A stretch of 64,000 nt of DNA, taken from NCBI GenBank assembly GCA_963779415.1, contig CAVZYA010000002.1:192001-256000 (forward strand). The letters are read 5' to 3'. Source of the stretch: an uncultured Acidobacteriota bacterium. Lineage in GTDB: Bacteria; Acidobacteriota; Thermoanaerobaculia; UBA5066. Shown here piece by piece: positions 30,443 to 46,725 of this stretch (its first letter is position 1; every line of letters begins with the position of its first letter). The translations under genes were made by a program, and so were the position numbers. The notes beneath the pieces are model-generated. The model was not told where the DNA came from. It searched no databases and worked only from the letters and a program-made list of their open reading frames with translations.

Positions 30443-31538
30443 CGGCACCGCCCGGCTTCTTCTCTCTCTCGTCGCTCTGGCTGCTCTCCCTGCCCCCGCA
30501 GAGACGCCGCGAGCGGGGGGCGGCCCCCCGTTCGACGTCGAGGCCCGAACGCCGCACCGGATCACGGCGGAAATCGACACGCAGCCCGCCCGGGACGTTC
30601 TCACCCTGATCACGGGGTCCGACGGGGCGGCGGCGGCCCTCCGGCGCCTCAAGGCCTCGACCTCGGCGCGTGCCGCTCTCCGGGCGGGGGAGACGAATGC
30701 CGAGGATTTCTGGGGGCGGCTCGTCATGGCGGCCACGGGAACGCCGGACACCCTCTTCGCGGGCTACCGAAGCGAGGCTTCCGTCTTTCGCGCCATCCTC
30801 GACCAGGCGGATCACGACGCGCCGGCCGCCATTCCCATCCTCGCGGCACGCGTCGCTTCGCTCCTCCCCGACGAGCCTCCACTCTCCGCGGCGATCGTCG
30901 TCGTCCCCTTCATCGGGATCGGCGGCTTCCGTGAGATTTCGTCCGTGCGGGAAGGAGGGACGCTCACCCTCGTCGTGGACCTGCCTCGCCTCGCCGGAAA
31001 CACGGGCGCGAGCCAGCCGCGCGAGGCCTTCCTGAAGATGCTGCGGGGCGCCGGAGCCGAGTCGTGGCGGATCCTCTTCGAGGCGTACGTGAGGAAGAGT
31101 CCCCCGTGGCCCCCCGCGGACGCGGCGAATCTGGACGCCCTTCTCGCCGCGACGGCCGCCGAGGGCCCCCGCGCCCTCTTCGAAATCCCGGACGAGTTCT
31201 TTCCGCTCGATCCTTTCTTCGCCGAGCCCGTCGCCCGCGCCTTCCTTCAGTGGAACGCCGTGGCGGAGAAGCTTCTCGAGCCCGAGACGAACGTGGTCGC
31301 CCGGCGCGAACTCCTCCGGGAGGCGATGCACGGCGACTTCTGGGCGCAGTACCCCGCCGTCGTCGGCGCCCAGATGGCCGAAGTCCTCATCCGGCAGAAG
31401 GGGCGCGCGGCCTACGCCGCAGCGCTCGCCGCCGGACCGCGCCCTCTCGCGCAGCTCTACGTCGAGACCGTGAAGGGGACGAAGAGGCCGGACTTCTCGA
31501 AGCGCGTCCGGAAGGCGATCGAGTCGAAGGGACCCTGA
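30435..31538 (+). CDS. Secreted hypothetical protein
   Basis: TTG start overlapping the HAD stop; signal-like RLLLSLVALAALPAPA; GC3-rich frame. Confidence 0.65.
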   Translation: MRNGTARLLLSLVALAALPAPAETPRAGGGPPFDVEARTPHRITAEIDTQPARDVLTLITGSDGAAAALRRLKASTSARAALRAGETNAEDFWGRLVMAATGTPDTLFAGYRSEASVFRAILDQADHDAPAAIPILAARVASLLPDEPPLSAAIVVVPFIGIGGFREISSVREGGTLTLVVDLPRLAGNTGASQPREAFLKMLRGAGAESWRILFEAYVRKSPPWPPADAANLDALLAATAAEGPRALFEIPDEFFPLDPFFAEPVARAFLQWNAVAEKLLEPETNVVARRELLREAMHGDFWAQYPAVVGAQMAEVLIRQKGRAAYAAALAAGPRPLAQLYVETVKGTKRPDFSKRVRKAIESKGP

Positions 31539-31541
31539 ACC

Positions 31542-31895
31542 TCAGCGGACGGGGAGCGTCGGAAGGACCGGTAGCGGGGGAAGCTCGGGAGGCCTCTCGC
31601 CCCACTCGCGCAGCTTCACGTACGGATAGAGCCCGTCCGAGTGCCCGTCCCCCCAGAAGATCTGGACGGCATATCCGCCCACCGGCGACGTACGGACGAC
31701 CTCGAAAGACGAAGAGGTAAGCGGCCGCTCCGGCCCCTTCATGAGCCGCCCGAGGATGTCGCGCTCGCCCGCGCATCCCGCGCAGGGACAGAGACGCCGG
31801 AGCGTCGTGAGCTTCACGAAGCTCTCCGTGCCGTCGCTCCACGCGACGGCCAGCTCGTCGCCGATTGCGGTCACCTGGTTCGCGCGGAGCGCCAT
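31542..31895 (-). CDS. DUF971 / gamma-butyrobetaine hydroxylase N-terminal-like protein
   Basis: LRRLCPCAGC and VGGYAVQIFWGDGHSDGLY. Confidence 0.88.
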   Translation of the reverse strand: MALRANQVTAIGDELAVAWSDGTESFVKLTTLRRLCPCAGCAGERDILGRLMKGPERPLTSSSFEVVRTSPVGGYAVQIFWGDGHSDGLYPYVKLREWGERPPELPPLPVLPTLPVR

Positions 31896-31917
31896 GTCGG
31901 GATCGTAGCGGAGAACG

Positions 31918-33187
<1,270 letters not shown>

Positions 33188-33195
<8 letters not shown>

Positions 33196-34408
33196 GGCGC
33201 AAGGCTTCTATGGGAGGGAGCTGCGACGCCTTCACGGCGGGGAAGACCCCCGCGATGAGGCCGGTGATCGTGGCGAGGACGAGGCCGGAGGTGACGAGTC
33301 CGGGCGTCACGCGGGCCGGCAGCGGCGAGAAGGCGTCGACGCAGAGGGCGATCGTCCAGCCGAAGAAGACGCCGAGCGCGCCCCCGCCGAAGGCGAGGAG
33401 GATCGCCTCGAGGAGAAACTGCCGAAGGATGTCGGTCTTTCGGGCCCCGACGGCGAGGCGCAGGCCGATCTCCTTCGTCCGCTCCACGACGGAGACGAGC
33501 ATGATGTTCGCGATGACGATCGCCCCGACGACGAGCGAGATCCCGCTGATGAAGACCAGGAGCGAGAAGGCCCCCGCGGAGATCGTCCGCCAGACCGCCA
33601 TGATGGCGTCCGAGGTGACGAAGGCGACGGGGTCGGGCTCGCCCGGCTTCAGCTTCCGGATCGCCCGGAAGATCACCCGCATCTCGTCCATCGAGGCCGG
33701 GACCCCCGGCACGCCTCCCCGGGCCCGGACGTAGATGGCGACGTTCCGGTTCCCGCCCCATGCCTTGCAGAGCGCCTCGCGCGGGATGTAGACGACGTTG
33801 TCCTGGCTCTGCCCGAGGACCGACCCCTGCTTGACGAGAAGCCCGATCACGCGGAAGGGGATCCCGCCGATCAGGATCGTCTTTTCGATCGGGTCGAGGC
33901 GGGGAAAGAGCTGCTCCTTCACCTCCGAGCCGATGACGGCGACGTACGCGCGCCGGTCGTACTCGTTCTCCGTGAAGAAGCGCCCTTCCTCGAGGTCGAG
34001 GTTCCTGAGATCGGCGACGTTCGGCGTCACGCCGCTGATCGAGACGTCGGCGAGCCGCTTGCCCTCCCGCTTGACCGGGAGATTGATGCCGGAGAGCAGC
34101 CCGACCGCCTCAGCCGTTCTCGAGAGCCGGCCGACCTCCTCGGCCTCGCGCTTTTCGATCCGCTTCCTCTTGAGCGCCTGGAGAAACTGTTCGCGAGACG
34201 TGATGATCCCGAAGCGCGTCACCGCGTAGACGTCCGGCGCGACGGTGAAGAGCTTCGTCGCGACGTAGTTGTTCATTCCGGAGATGACGGCCACGACGGC
34301 GATGACCGTCATGACGCCGATGATGACGCCGAGAAGGGTCAGGAACGACCGGAGCTTGTGCGCCGCGACGGCCCGCCATGCAACCCGGAGAAGCTCGCCG
34401 ACCAGCAC
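33188..34408 (-). CDS. MacB/FtsX-family ABC transporter permease
   Basis: RSFLTLLGVIIGV; NIMLVSVVERTKEIGLRLAVGA; PIEALRHE. Confidence 0.93.
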
Positions 34409-34415
34409 GGGATCC

Positions 34416-35711
34416 CTACGACTTGCCCGCCTCGGGCGCGGGGACGGCGTTGTCGACCTTCACCCGGTCGCCGATCCGGAGCGACCGGAGGGCCTTGAAG
34501 GGCCCCGTGACGACCTCGTCTCCCTCGGCGAGCCCCTCGACCACCTCGACCTTCAGCTCGGCCGTGATCCCGGTCTTGATCTTCCGGAATTCGATGGTCC
34601 CGTCCTTCTTCACGACGAAGACCCCTTCGACCTCCTTCTTCTTCCGGTCGACGAGTGGGTCGGACTTCTCGTCCTTCGCGACCGGCGTCGGCGTCGGGGT
34701 CTTCCCCTTCTCGGGGCGCCGGAGCGTCGCCTCGTCCGCCATGATGAGCGCGGGAATCGGGATGGCGAGGGCACCGGGGCGCCGATCGGTCTCGATCAGC
34801 CCCGAGACGGAGAAGCCGGGGCGGATGTTCTTCGGCGGCTCGAGGACCTGGACCTTCACCTTGAAGTTCACGGCCGAGGAGTCGGTCCCGAGGGCCGACT
34901 TCGTGATGGGGCTCCCGCCGATCTCCGTCACCTTCCCGTCGTACTTCTTCTCGGGGTAGGCGTCGAAGGAGAGCTTCGCCTTTTGTCCGAGCTTGACGTG
35001 GGGAATGTCGGTCTCGTCCACTTCCATCTCGGCGTCGACCACCGACATGTCGGAGATGGTCAGAAGGACGGTCCCCGGATTGTTCATCGTCCCGATGATG
35101 GCGTTCTCCCCCTGCTCGACGGGGCGCGCTGTGACGACGCCGTCGATCGGGGCCACGAGCGTCGTCTTCTGGAGCGAGTCCTTGTTCGCGAGGAGGGTCT
35201 GCCGGGCCTGCTCGATCCGGCGATCGTCCGCCTTCTCGTTGGCGACCGCCGAGTCGAGCGTCAGCCGGGCCTTCTGGAGGTTCTGCTCGGATTCGATCTT
35301 CGCCTCGAAGTTCTTCTCCTCGCGCTCCCAGTCGCGTTCGGCCTGCTCGCGCGTGAACCGGTCCGATTCGCGCTGGGCAAAAAGGGCGTCGAGGGCGGCC
35401 TGCTGTGCCTTCGCGTTGGCGTCGTACTGGGCCTTGTCGATCTGGATGAGAAGGTCGCCTTTCTTGACGATGTCCCCCTCCCGGACGGCCAGCGTGACGA
35501 TCTGCCCCATGACCTGGGAGGAGATGTCCACCTTGACGCGGGCCTGGATCCGGCCGTTGCAGGAGACGGTCGAGACCAGTTCTTCCTTGGCGGCCTTCGC
35601 CGTCGTCACCTTCACGACGTTCTTGTCGCGGGCCTTGATGGACGCGACGACGACGACCCCGAGGATGGCGACGACGCCGATCCCGATCGCCCATTTCACC
35701 GTTCGGCTCAT
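34416..35711 (-). CDS. Efflux periplasmic adaptor subunit (MacA/HlyD family)
   Basis: N-terminal TM; VREGDIVKKGDLL, APIDGVV, VDETDIPHVKLGQ, GLAEGDEVVTG. Confidence 0.92.
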   Translation of the reverse strand: MSRTVKWAIGIGVVAILGVVVVASIKARDKNVVKVTTAKAAKEELVSTVSCNGRIQARVKVDISSQVMGQIVTLAVREGDIVKKGDLLIQIDKAQYDANAKAQQAALDALFAQRESDRFTREQAERDWEREEKNFEAKIESEQNLQKARLTLDSAVANEKADDRRIEQARQTLLANKDSLQKTTLVAPIDGVVTARPVEQGENAIIGTMNNPGTVLLTISDMSVVDAEMEVDETDIPHVKLGQKAKLSFDAYPEKKYDGKVTEIGGSPITKSALGTDSSAVNFKVKVQVLEPPKNIRPGFSVSGLIETDRRPGALAIPIPALIMADEATLRRPEKGKTPTPTPVAKDEKSDPLVDRKKKEVEGVFVVKKDGTIEFRKIKTGITAELKVEVVEGLAEGDEVVTGPFKALRSLRIGDRVKVDNAVPAPEAGKS

Positions 35712-35808
35712 GCTTCTTCACTCCGGGACGGCGAGACCTTTCCGGGCCCCGGCCTGTCTTTCTTACGGCTAAACGCTTTTCCGGGTTTCACTTCGAAGGG
35801 GGTATCCA

Positions 35809-35896
<88 letters not shown>

Positions 35897-35985
35897 GACC
35901 TGTCATTACAGCACGCCGATCTGGGGGGTCCGGGGGGAAGGACAGGGGTGGGGCCCCATCGTTCACAGCCAAGCTCCCCAGCGAA

Positions 35986-36079
<94 letters not shown>

Positions 36080-36123
36080 GCGACGGGGGGCGGAAGTCTA
36101 GCAGGAGGCCGCCCGGTCCGGCG

Positions 36124-40032
<3,909 letters not shown>

Positions 40033-40036
<4 letters not shown>

Positions 40037-40983
40037 GCGTGTCGCGCGTCGCGGCCGTCATCGTCGCGTGGAACTCGGCCTCGCACGTGGCCGCCGCCAT
40101 AAAGTCGGTTCCAGGAGGCGTTCCCGTCGTCGTCGTCGACAACGCGTCGGCAGACGGCTCGGCGGAGGCGGCCCGGCAGGCGGGGGCGCGCGTCGTCGAG
40201 TCGGGCGCGAACCTCGGCTTCGGCCCCGCCTGCAACCTCGGCGCGGAGCTCTCCGCCCCTTCGGAGACGATTCTCTTCCTGAATCCGGACGCGGCGCTCC
40301 TCGACGGGGCCGGCGCTCTCGCGGAACTCCTCGCCGCTCTCGATTCCGATCCCGTCCTCGCGGCGGTCGCGCCGGCGCTCTCCGGCGACGGGCAGGAGAC
40401 TTTTCACCTCCGGAAGCTCCCGACGCTCGGCTCGCTCGCGCGGGAGTTGCTTCTCGTCAACAAGCTCTTTCCGAAGAACCCCGGCTTTCTCGACGAGCGG
40501 TATCTCGGCCGGCCGCGCGATGTGCCGTTCGACGTCGAGCAGCCGGCGGGCGCGGCCCTCCTCGTCCGCCGCGACGTCTTCGATTCGCTTCGCGGTTTCG
40601 ACCCGGCCTTCTCGCCGGCATGGTTCGAGGACGTCGACCTCTGCGCCCGGATCTGGAAATCGGGGCGCCGGATCCGGTACGTTCCCTCCGCCGGCGCGAC
40701 GCACGTCGGCGGCACGACGATGAACGCGCTCGCCTATCGCGATTTCCTCCCGCTCTACGACCGGAACCTCCTCCGGTATCTCCGAAAGCATTCGGGGATC
40801 GCGACCCGGCTCTCCGCCCGCGCGCTCCTCCTCGCCGGGACGCTTCTCCGGCTCGTCCTCCTCCCGTTCGTCCGGGGGGACCACGCAAGGCGCGATGCGG
40901 CCGCGGCGTACGTCCGCGTCCTCACGGGTCTCCTCGGCTTCGGGTGGAGATCGGCTCTTCTTCCGTCGCGGACGGGGGCGTGA
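40033..40983 (+). CDS. Glycosyltransferase family 2 (WbbL-like)
   Basis: VVDNAS, NLGFG, FLNPD, GFDPAF..WFEDVDL. Confidence 0.9.
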
Positions 40984-42005
40984 TGCCGAAGGTCGTCGTT
41001 TCCCTCGTGACGCACAACGAGTCGCGCGACGTGGAGCGGCTCCTCCCGTCCGTCTTCGCCCAGACGTTCCGCGATCTCCGGGTCGTCGCCGTCGACAACG
41101 CCTCCGAGGACGGGACACGCGCCGCGCTCGCCGCGTTCGAGAAGGTAACGCCCGTCCCGATGACGGTGATCCCCTCGCGCGAGAACCTCGGATACACGGG
41201 GGGACACAACCTCGGGATCTCGAAGGCGCTCGAGGCGGGTGCCGACTGGGTTCTCGTCCTGAACGCGGACGTCGTTCTCGACCCGGCGTTTCTCGAGCGG
41301 CTTCTTTCGGAGGCCGACTCCCCGGCCCGCCGCGATTTCGGCGCCTTCACCGGAAAGGTCCTCCGGGCCGAAGGGGCCGGGCTTTCCCCGACCCGCGTTC
41401 TCGACTCGGTCGGGATCCGGATGACGCGAAGCGGCCGGCACTTCGACGTGGCCGCGGGCCTTCCCGACGACGGGCGCTACGACCGGCCAGCCGAGATCTT
41501 CGGCGTTTCCGGCTGCATCGCCCTCTTCCGGACGGCGGCGCTCGCCGACGCGAAGATCTCCACCGGCTTCTTCGACGACGACTTCTTCGTCTACCGCGAG
41601 GACGTGGATCTCGCGTGGCGCCTCCGGGGGCGCGGCTGGCGTGCTCTCTGCGTCCCCTCGGCTGTCGCCTGGCACCGCCGCCGGAACCTCCCCGAACGGC
41701 GGCTGGTCATGTCCCCGGTCGCGAACATGCACTCGGTCAAGAACCGCTTTCTCCTCCGCGTCAACAACGCCGGGGCCGGGCACCTTCGCTCCACGTTCCC
41801 CCGGACGTTTCTTCGCGATCTCGTCGTCGTCGGCGGCTGCCTGACCGTCGAGCGGACGTCTCTCCCCGCCCTGAGGTGGCTGGCGGAGAACCGGGCCCGG
41901 CTCCTGTCCAAGAGGGAGGAGATCCAGAAGGGGCGCCGCGTTTCCGACCGGGACCTCCTCCGCTGGTTCGGAGAGGACCCGGATGGGGCGAGGATCTTGT
42001 CGTGA
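40983..42005 (+). CDS. Glycosyltransferase family 2
   Basis: MPKVVVSLVTHN, VDNASED, NLGYTGGHN, LNAD, FFVYREDVDLAWR. Confidence 0.9.
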   Translation: MPKVVVSLVTHNESRDVERLLPSVFAQTFRDLRVVAVDNASEDGTRAALAAFEKVTPVPMTVIPSRENLGYTGGHNLGISKALEAGADWVLVLNADVVLDPAFLERLLSEADSPARRDFGAFTGKVLRAEGAGLSPTRVLDSVGIRMTRSGRHFDVAAGLPDDGRYDRPAEIFGVSGCIALFRTAALADAKISTGFFDDDFFVYREDVDLAWRLRGRGWRALCVPSAVAWHRRRNLPERRLVMSPVANMHSVKNRFLLRVNNAGAGHLRSTFPRTFLRDLVVVGGCLTVERTSLPALRWLAENRARLLSKREEIQKGRRVSDRDLLRWFGEDPDGARILS

Positions 42006-43102
42006 AGCTGGCGATCATCGGGACGCGGGGAATCCCGGCGGCCTACGGCGGGTTCGAGACGCTGGCCGAGGAGCTTTCGACCCGCCTCGCGGAGCGGGGG
42101 CACGAGGTGACGGTTTACGCGCGCCCCGCATCCGTCGGGGCGAGAGTGCCGACGCACCGCGGTGTTCGCGTCGTCCATCTCCCGACGATCCGTCACAAGT
42201 ACTTCGACACGGTCGTCCACGGCGTTCTCTCCGCCCTTCACGCGTCCGGAGGCGGTTACGACGCGGTCCTCGTCTGCAACGCGGTGAACGCGCTCGCCGC
42301 GCGCCTCCCGCGCCTCCTGGGGGCATCGACGCGTGTCGTCCTGAACGTGGATGGCCTCGAGCGGAACCGGCGGAAATGGAACGCCGCCGGCCGGCTCGTC
42401 TACGCCCTCTCGGAGCGCCTCTCGTGCGTCCTTCCCGACGCCACCGTCACGGACGCGCGCGTCATCGAGGAGTACTACCTCGCGCGGTACGGCGCGGCGA
42501 CGACCTTCATCCCGTACGGGGCCGATCTCCCCCGCCCCTCGGGGACCGCGACGCTCGAGCGGCTCGGCCTCGTTCCCGGGCGCTATCTCCTCTACGTCTC
42601 CCGGTTCGAGCCCGAGAACAACCCGGACGCCGTCGTCCGGGGTTTTTCGCGTTTCACCGGGGAGCTGAAGCTCGCGCTCGTCGGCTCCGCGCCCTACGCC
42701 GCGGGCTTCATCGAGTCGGTCCGCGCGGAGGCGGCCCGGGACGGACGCGTCGTCGTTCCGGGGCCCGTCTACGGAGAGGGATACCGCGAGCTTCTGGCGA
42801 ACGCGGCAGCCTATCTCCACGCGACGGAGATCGGCGGGACGCATCCCGCCCTCCTCGAGGCGATGGGCTTCGGCCGCCCCCTCCTCGTCCACGACACCCC
42901 GGAAAACCGCGAGGTCGCCGGCGACACGGCGATCTACTGGGACGCGCGCCGCCCGGAGACGCTCGCGGAAGGGCTCGCCACGCTTCTCTCCGACCCCGAC
43001 GGGTTGCGCCGGCGGGGCGAGGCCGCACGGGCGAGGGCTTCGGCCCTCTACCGCTGGTCCGACGTTACCGACGCCTACGAACGACTCCTTTCGGGGTCAT
43101 GA
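42002..43102 (+). CDS. Glycosyltransferase family 4 (DUF1972/WchF-like)
   Basis: IIGTRGIPAAYGGFET, RFEPENN, GGTHPALLEAM. Confidence 0.9.
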   Translation: MKLAIIGTRGIPAAYGGFETLAEELSTRLAERGHEVTVYARPASVGARVPTHRGVRVVHLPTIRHKYFDTVVHGVLSALHASGGGYDAVLVCNAVNALAARLPRLLGASTRVVLNVDGLERNRRKWNAAGRLVYALSERLSCVLPDATVTDARVIEEYYLARYGAATTFIPYGADLPRPSGTATLERLGLVPGRYLLYVSRFEPENNPDAVVRGFSRFTGELKLALVGSAPYAAGFIESVRAEAARDGRVVVPGPVYGEGYRELLANAAAYLHATEIGGTHPALLEAMGFGRPLLVHDTPENREVAGDTAIYWDARRPETLAEGLATLLSDPDGLRRRGEAARARASALYRWSDVTDAYERLLSGS

Positions 43103-43170
43103 CGCCCCCTCCGGCGGGGCATCCCCTTTGCTAGGATGACCGACCGGGCCCCGGACGCCCCGAATCGCCG

Positions 43171-44614
43171 ATGCTGAAACAGCAGGCGCGCGCCATCGCC
43201 GCACTCTCGTATGCCACGGACCTCGGCGTCACCCTCGCCGCGATCCCGGTGGCGTGGTGGCTTCGAAGCGACGTCTTCCCGAAGCTCTTTCCGCGCCTCT
43301 ATCCGACCGGCCTTCTGGACCTCTCCCTCTATCTCGTCCTCGCGGGACCGGTCGTCGTCCTCTGGTCTGCCCTTCTCTTTCTCTCCAGCGCCTACCGGAG
43401 CCGGCGGACGCTCGGCCTCAAGGACGAGGTCTCGATGGTCGCGCGAGTCTCGTTCCTGGGGACCCTCTCCCTGACGCTCGTCATCTACGCGGCGCGCTGG
43501 GCCTTCCTCTCGCGCTCGTTCCTCTTCGTCTTCTTCTTCGTCAACCTCTTCTTCCTCGTCACGGCGCGCGTCACGATCCGCCTTTTCGCAAGGCGGGTCC
43601 GGAAGCTCGGCTTCAATTTCCGGACGGTCGTCCTCGTGGGGGACACGCCGAGCGCCCGGACGATGGCGCGCCTCATCCACGAGCACCCGTGGTGGGGCTT
43701 CCGGCTCCTCGGCCTGATCCGCGAACGCCCTGCAGCCGGCGGCAAAGGGACGACGGCGAACGGCCTCCCCGTCCTCGGGACGCTCGCCGAGTTCGAGACG
43801 ATCCTGAAGTCGGTCCAGGTGGACGAGGTCCTCCTCGCCGTCGACCGCGGGGACCTGCCGAAGCTCGAGGACATCTTCCTCCTCTGCGAAGAGATGGGGA
43901 TCCGGACGCGGCTCGTCCTCGACTTCTTCCCGCACGTCCTCGCGCGGGTCGAGCTGGACGAGTTCCAGGGGAAACCGCTCCTGACCTTCTCGACGACCCC
44001 GGACGACCCGACGGCGCTCTTCCTGAAGCGCGCCGCCGACGTCTTTCTCTCCGTCGTCCTTCTCGCCGCGTCGGCCATTCCTCTGGCCGCCGCGGCGCTT
44101 CTCATCAAGCTCACGTCGCGCGGCCCCGTCCTCTTCCGCCAGACCCGCTGCGGCCTCAACGGGCGCCCCTTCACCCTTCTCAAGCTCCGGACGATGGTCG
44201 AAGGAGCCGAGGAGCGGATCGACGAGGTCGCCCACCTGAACGAGCACGAAGGGCCGGTCTTCAAGGCGGCCAACGACCCGCGCCTCACCCCCGTCGGACG
44301 CCTCATCCGGCGCTTCTCCTTCGACGAGTTCCCGCAGCTCCTGAACGTCCTCCGAGGCGAGATGTCGCTCGTCGGGCCCGCGCCCCCCCCTCCCGCACGA
44401 GGTGGCGCGCTACGAGCGGTGGCAGCGCCGCCGGCTCTCCATGAAGCCGGGCGTCACCGGCCTCTGGCAGGTGTCGGGGCGCAGCGACATCCGGAACTTC
44501 GAGGAGTGGATCAACCTCGACCTCTCCTACATCGACAACTGGAGCCTCTCCCTCGACGCCAAGATCCTCCTCCGCACGATTCCCACGGTCCTCTCCGGCC
44601 GCGGGGCGCGGTAG
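43171..44614 (+). CDS. Polyprenyl-phosphate sugar phosphotransferase (WcaJ/WbaP family); frameshift ~44378
   Basis: LKRAADV, DPRLTPVGR, DEFPQLLNVLRGEMSLVGP | ...MKPGVTGLWQVSGR...DLSYIDNWSL; one extra C in a C-rich tract. Confidence 0.9.
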
Positions 44615-44666
44615 GGCAAATTCTCCCGATCGCAACTTGTCAGCTGACGCGAGTTGCCCCGCCGTC

Positions 44667-45026
44667 ATGAACCCCGTCAACCTCAAGGAGAAGTTCGCGC
44701 TCTTCTCGACGCACTGGGACCCGAAGATCGTGGGGGAGCTGAACGGGCAGCAGGTCAAGCTGGTCAAGTTCCAGGGCCCGTTCGTCTGGCATCGGCACGA
44801 GAACGAGGACGAGTTGTTTCTCGTGATCGAGGGTGAGTTCGTCATGGAGTTCCGGGATCGGACCGTCCCCGTCCGCGAAGGGGAGTTCCTGATCGTCCCC
44901 CGGGGCACGGAGCATCGGCCCATCGCCGAACGCGAAGTGCACGTTCTTCTCTTCGAGCCCACCTCCACCGTGAACACCGGAAACGCGGGGGGCCCGCGGA
45001 CCGTGGCTCACCCCGAGAAGCTCTGA
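44667..45026 (+). CDS. Cupin domain protein
   Basis: FVWHRHENEDELFLV...VPRGTEHRP. Confidence 0.9.
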   Translation: MNPVNLKEKFALFSTHWDPKIVGELNGQQVKLVKFQGPFVWHRHENEDELFLVIEGEFVMEFRDRTVPVREGEFLIVPRGTEHRPIAEREVHVLLFEPTSTVNTGNAGGPRTVAHPEKL

Positions 45027-45123
45027 CGCCGTCCCCGACACCGACCCTCTTGCGCCGGCCACTGTTCGCGATATCGTCATGGGGCTACGGACTGCATCGG
45101 GGGAAGACGGGGGGAACCGGAAC

Positions 45124-45540
45124 ATGTCCGAATCCGAGAATGCGGCTCTCGCGCGTCGTTTCATCGACGAAATCTGGAACCGCGGACGCTCGGAGGCGGT
45201 TCGCGAGCTGGTCCACCCGCAGGCGGTCGGGCACCTCGAGGGATTCGAGGTGCGCGGCCCCGAGGGGGTCCTTCCCGCCTGGGCCACGCTGCTCGGCGCG
45301 TTTCCCGACCTGAAGATCATCATCCAGGACCTCGTGGCGCAGGGAGACAACGTCGTCGTCCGGTGGACGGCATCCGGCACGCACAAGGGGCCGCACCTCG
45401 GCTTTCCTCCCACCATGAAGCTGGTCGGGTTCCGTGGCATCACCTGGCTCCGCTTTTCGGAGGGCCGGATCATCGAAAGCTGGGATTCGTGGAACCAGGG
45501 ACGGCTCTTCAACGAACTTCAGGCCCCGCGAAAGGGGTGA
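45124..45540 (+). CDS. SnoaL-like ester cyclase
   Basis: AFPDLKIIIQDLVAQGDNVVVRWTASGTHKG. Confidence 0.88.
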   Translation: MSESENAALARRFIDEIWNRGRSEAVRELVHPQAVGHLEGFEVRGPEGVLPAWATLLGAFPDLKIIIQDLVAQGDNVVVRWTASGTHKGPHLGFPPTMKLVGFRGITWLRFSEGRIIESWDSWNQGRLFNELQAPRKG

Positions 45541-46226
45541 GCCCCCTCATCGCGCCCGCCTTTCGGGCATGGGCCGAGGCGTGGGGAGATTCCGGATTCC
45601 GGATCCGTCTGGTCGCGACGATTGCGGGGCTCGTCGCCGTCCTTTCGGTCCTGACCCGCTTTCTCGATCGGGTGGAGGGACGGCCGGGGGTGGTCCTCCC
45701 CGACCCGGTTCTCGCGCTCGTTCCCGCACGTGACCTGACGTGGTTGATCTTCGGGCTGATCTACGCCGGCCTTCTCTACGGCGTGGCGAGGCTCTCCAGG
45801 GAGCCTCTCCTCCTCGTCGCGACCCTGCAGGCCTACGTCGTGATGGTGCTGCTCCGAATGGCCGCCATGTGGGTGACGCCGCTCGAGGCCCCGCCCGGAA
45901 TGATCCCGCTAGAGGACCCGCTGGTGCGGCTCTTCGGACAGGGAAGGCTCCTGACGAAGGACCTCTTCTTCTCCGGCCACACGTCCACGCTCTTCCTGCT
46001 GTCGCTCGCGGTTCCGGGCCGGCGCTCGAAGGCCTTCTTCCTCTTCTGTACCGCGGCCGTGGCGGGATGCGTCCTCTGGCAGCACGTTCACTACACGGTG
46101 GACGTCCTGGCGGCACCGCTCTTCGCGTACGCGAGCTACCGGCTCGTCGTCATCCTCCAGCCGGGCGCGTCTCCATTAGGACCCGCCGGATCTGGCCGAG
46201 GTGCTTTCCCTCGTGCCCCGCGATGA
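45537..46226 (+). CDS. PAP2-superfamily membrane protein, sphingomyelin-synthase-like (PAP2_C)
   Basis: Several TM helices; DLFFSGHT and HVHYTVDV motifs. Confidence 0.8.
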   Translation: MSPLIAPAFRAWAEAWGDSGFRIRLVATIAGLVAVLSVLTRFLDRVEGRPGVVLPDPVLALVPARDLTWLIFGLIYAGLLYGVARLSREPLLLVATLQAYVVMVLLRMAAMWVTPLEAPPGMIPLEDPLVRLFGQGRLLTKDLFFSGHTSTLFLLSLAVPGRRSKAFFLFCTAAVAGCVLWQHVHYTVDVLAAPLFAYASYRLVVILQPGASPLGPAGSGRGAFPRAPR

Positions 46227-46689
46227 ACCGGAACCAGTCGAGGCCGTGGAACCGGCCGAGGACGAAATGCGGAAGGAGAATCTTCCGGAACTCCTCCTCG
46301 CCGACCCTGTCGGCGAACGCGAGGAGAGCCGCGCGTGACTCCTTCAGCTTCGCGAGGACCTCCCGTGGGTTCACCTCGGCGCGGGGGCGCGGTCGAACCG
46401 GCTTCGGGGCCCGAAAGCGGATCCGCGAGAAGACGAGACTCATCGGGAGCCGGTACCACCAGGCCTGGCGCGGGATCTTCAGCGGCTCGCCCCGTTTCTG
46501 TGCCTCGAGGCCGCGGACGAGCCCCCCCTCGGCCCTCCGAAGGTGGTCGAGCACCTCGGCCGCGGACCAGCCGCCATCCGCGGGAGGAGCGAGAAGCTCG
46601 TCGTCGCTTCTTCCCTCGACGGCACGGTAGATCTCTTCTCGGACGGCGTTCATACGGGTACGGGCTTCCGTAAGGTCGTTCCCGCTCAT
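46150..46689 (-). CDS. DinB-family protein
   Basis: WSAAEVLDHL...HEGKHLGQI. Confidence 0.85.
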   Translation of the reverse strand: MSGNDLTEARTRMNAVREEIYRAVEGRSDDELLAPPADGGWSAAEVLDHLRRAEGGLVRGLEAQKRGEPLKIPRQAWWYRLPMSLVFSRIRFRAPKPVRPRPRAEVNPREVLAKLKESRAALLAFADRVGEEEFRKILLPHFVLGRFHGLDWFRFIAGHEGKHLGQIRRVLMETRPAGG

Positions 46690-46725
46690 AATCGCGATCA
46701 TCTCAAAGCCCGAGGAGGATTCCTG

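Noticed and set aside
30435-31538. Secreted protein as a zinc metalloprotease
   Set aside because: No HExxH motif visible.
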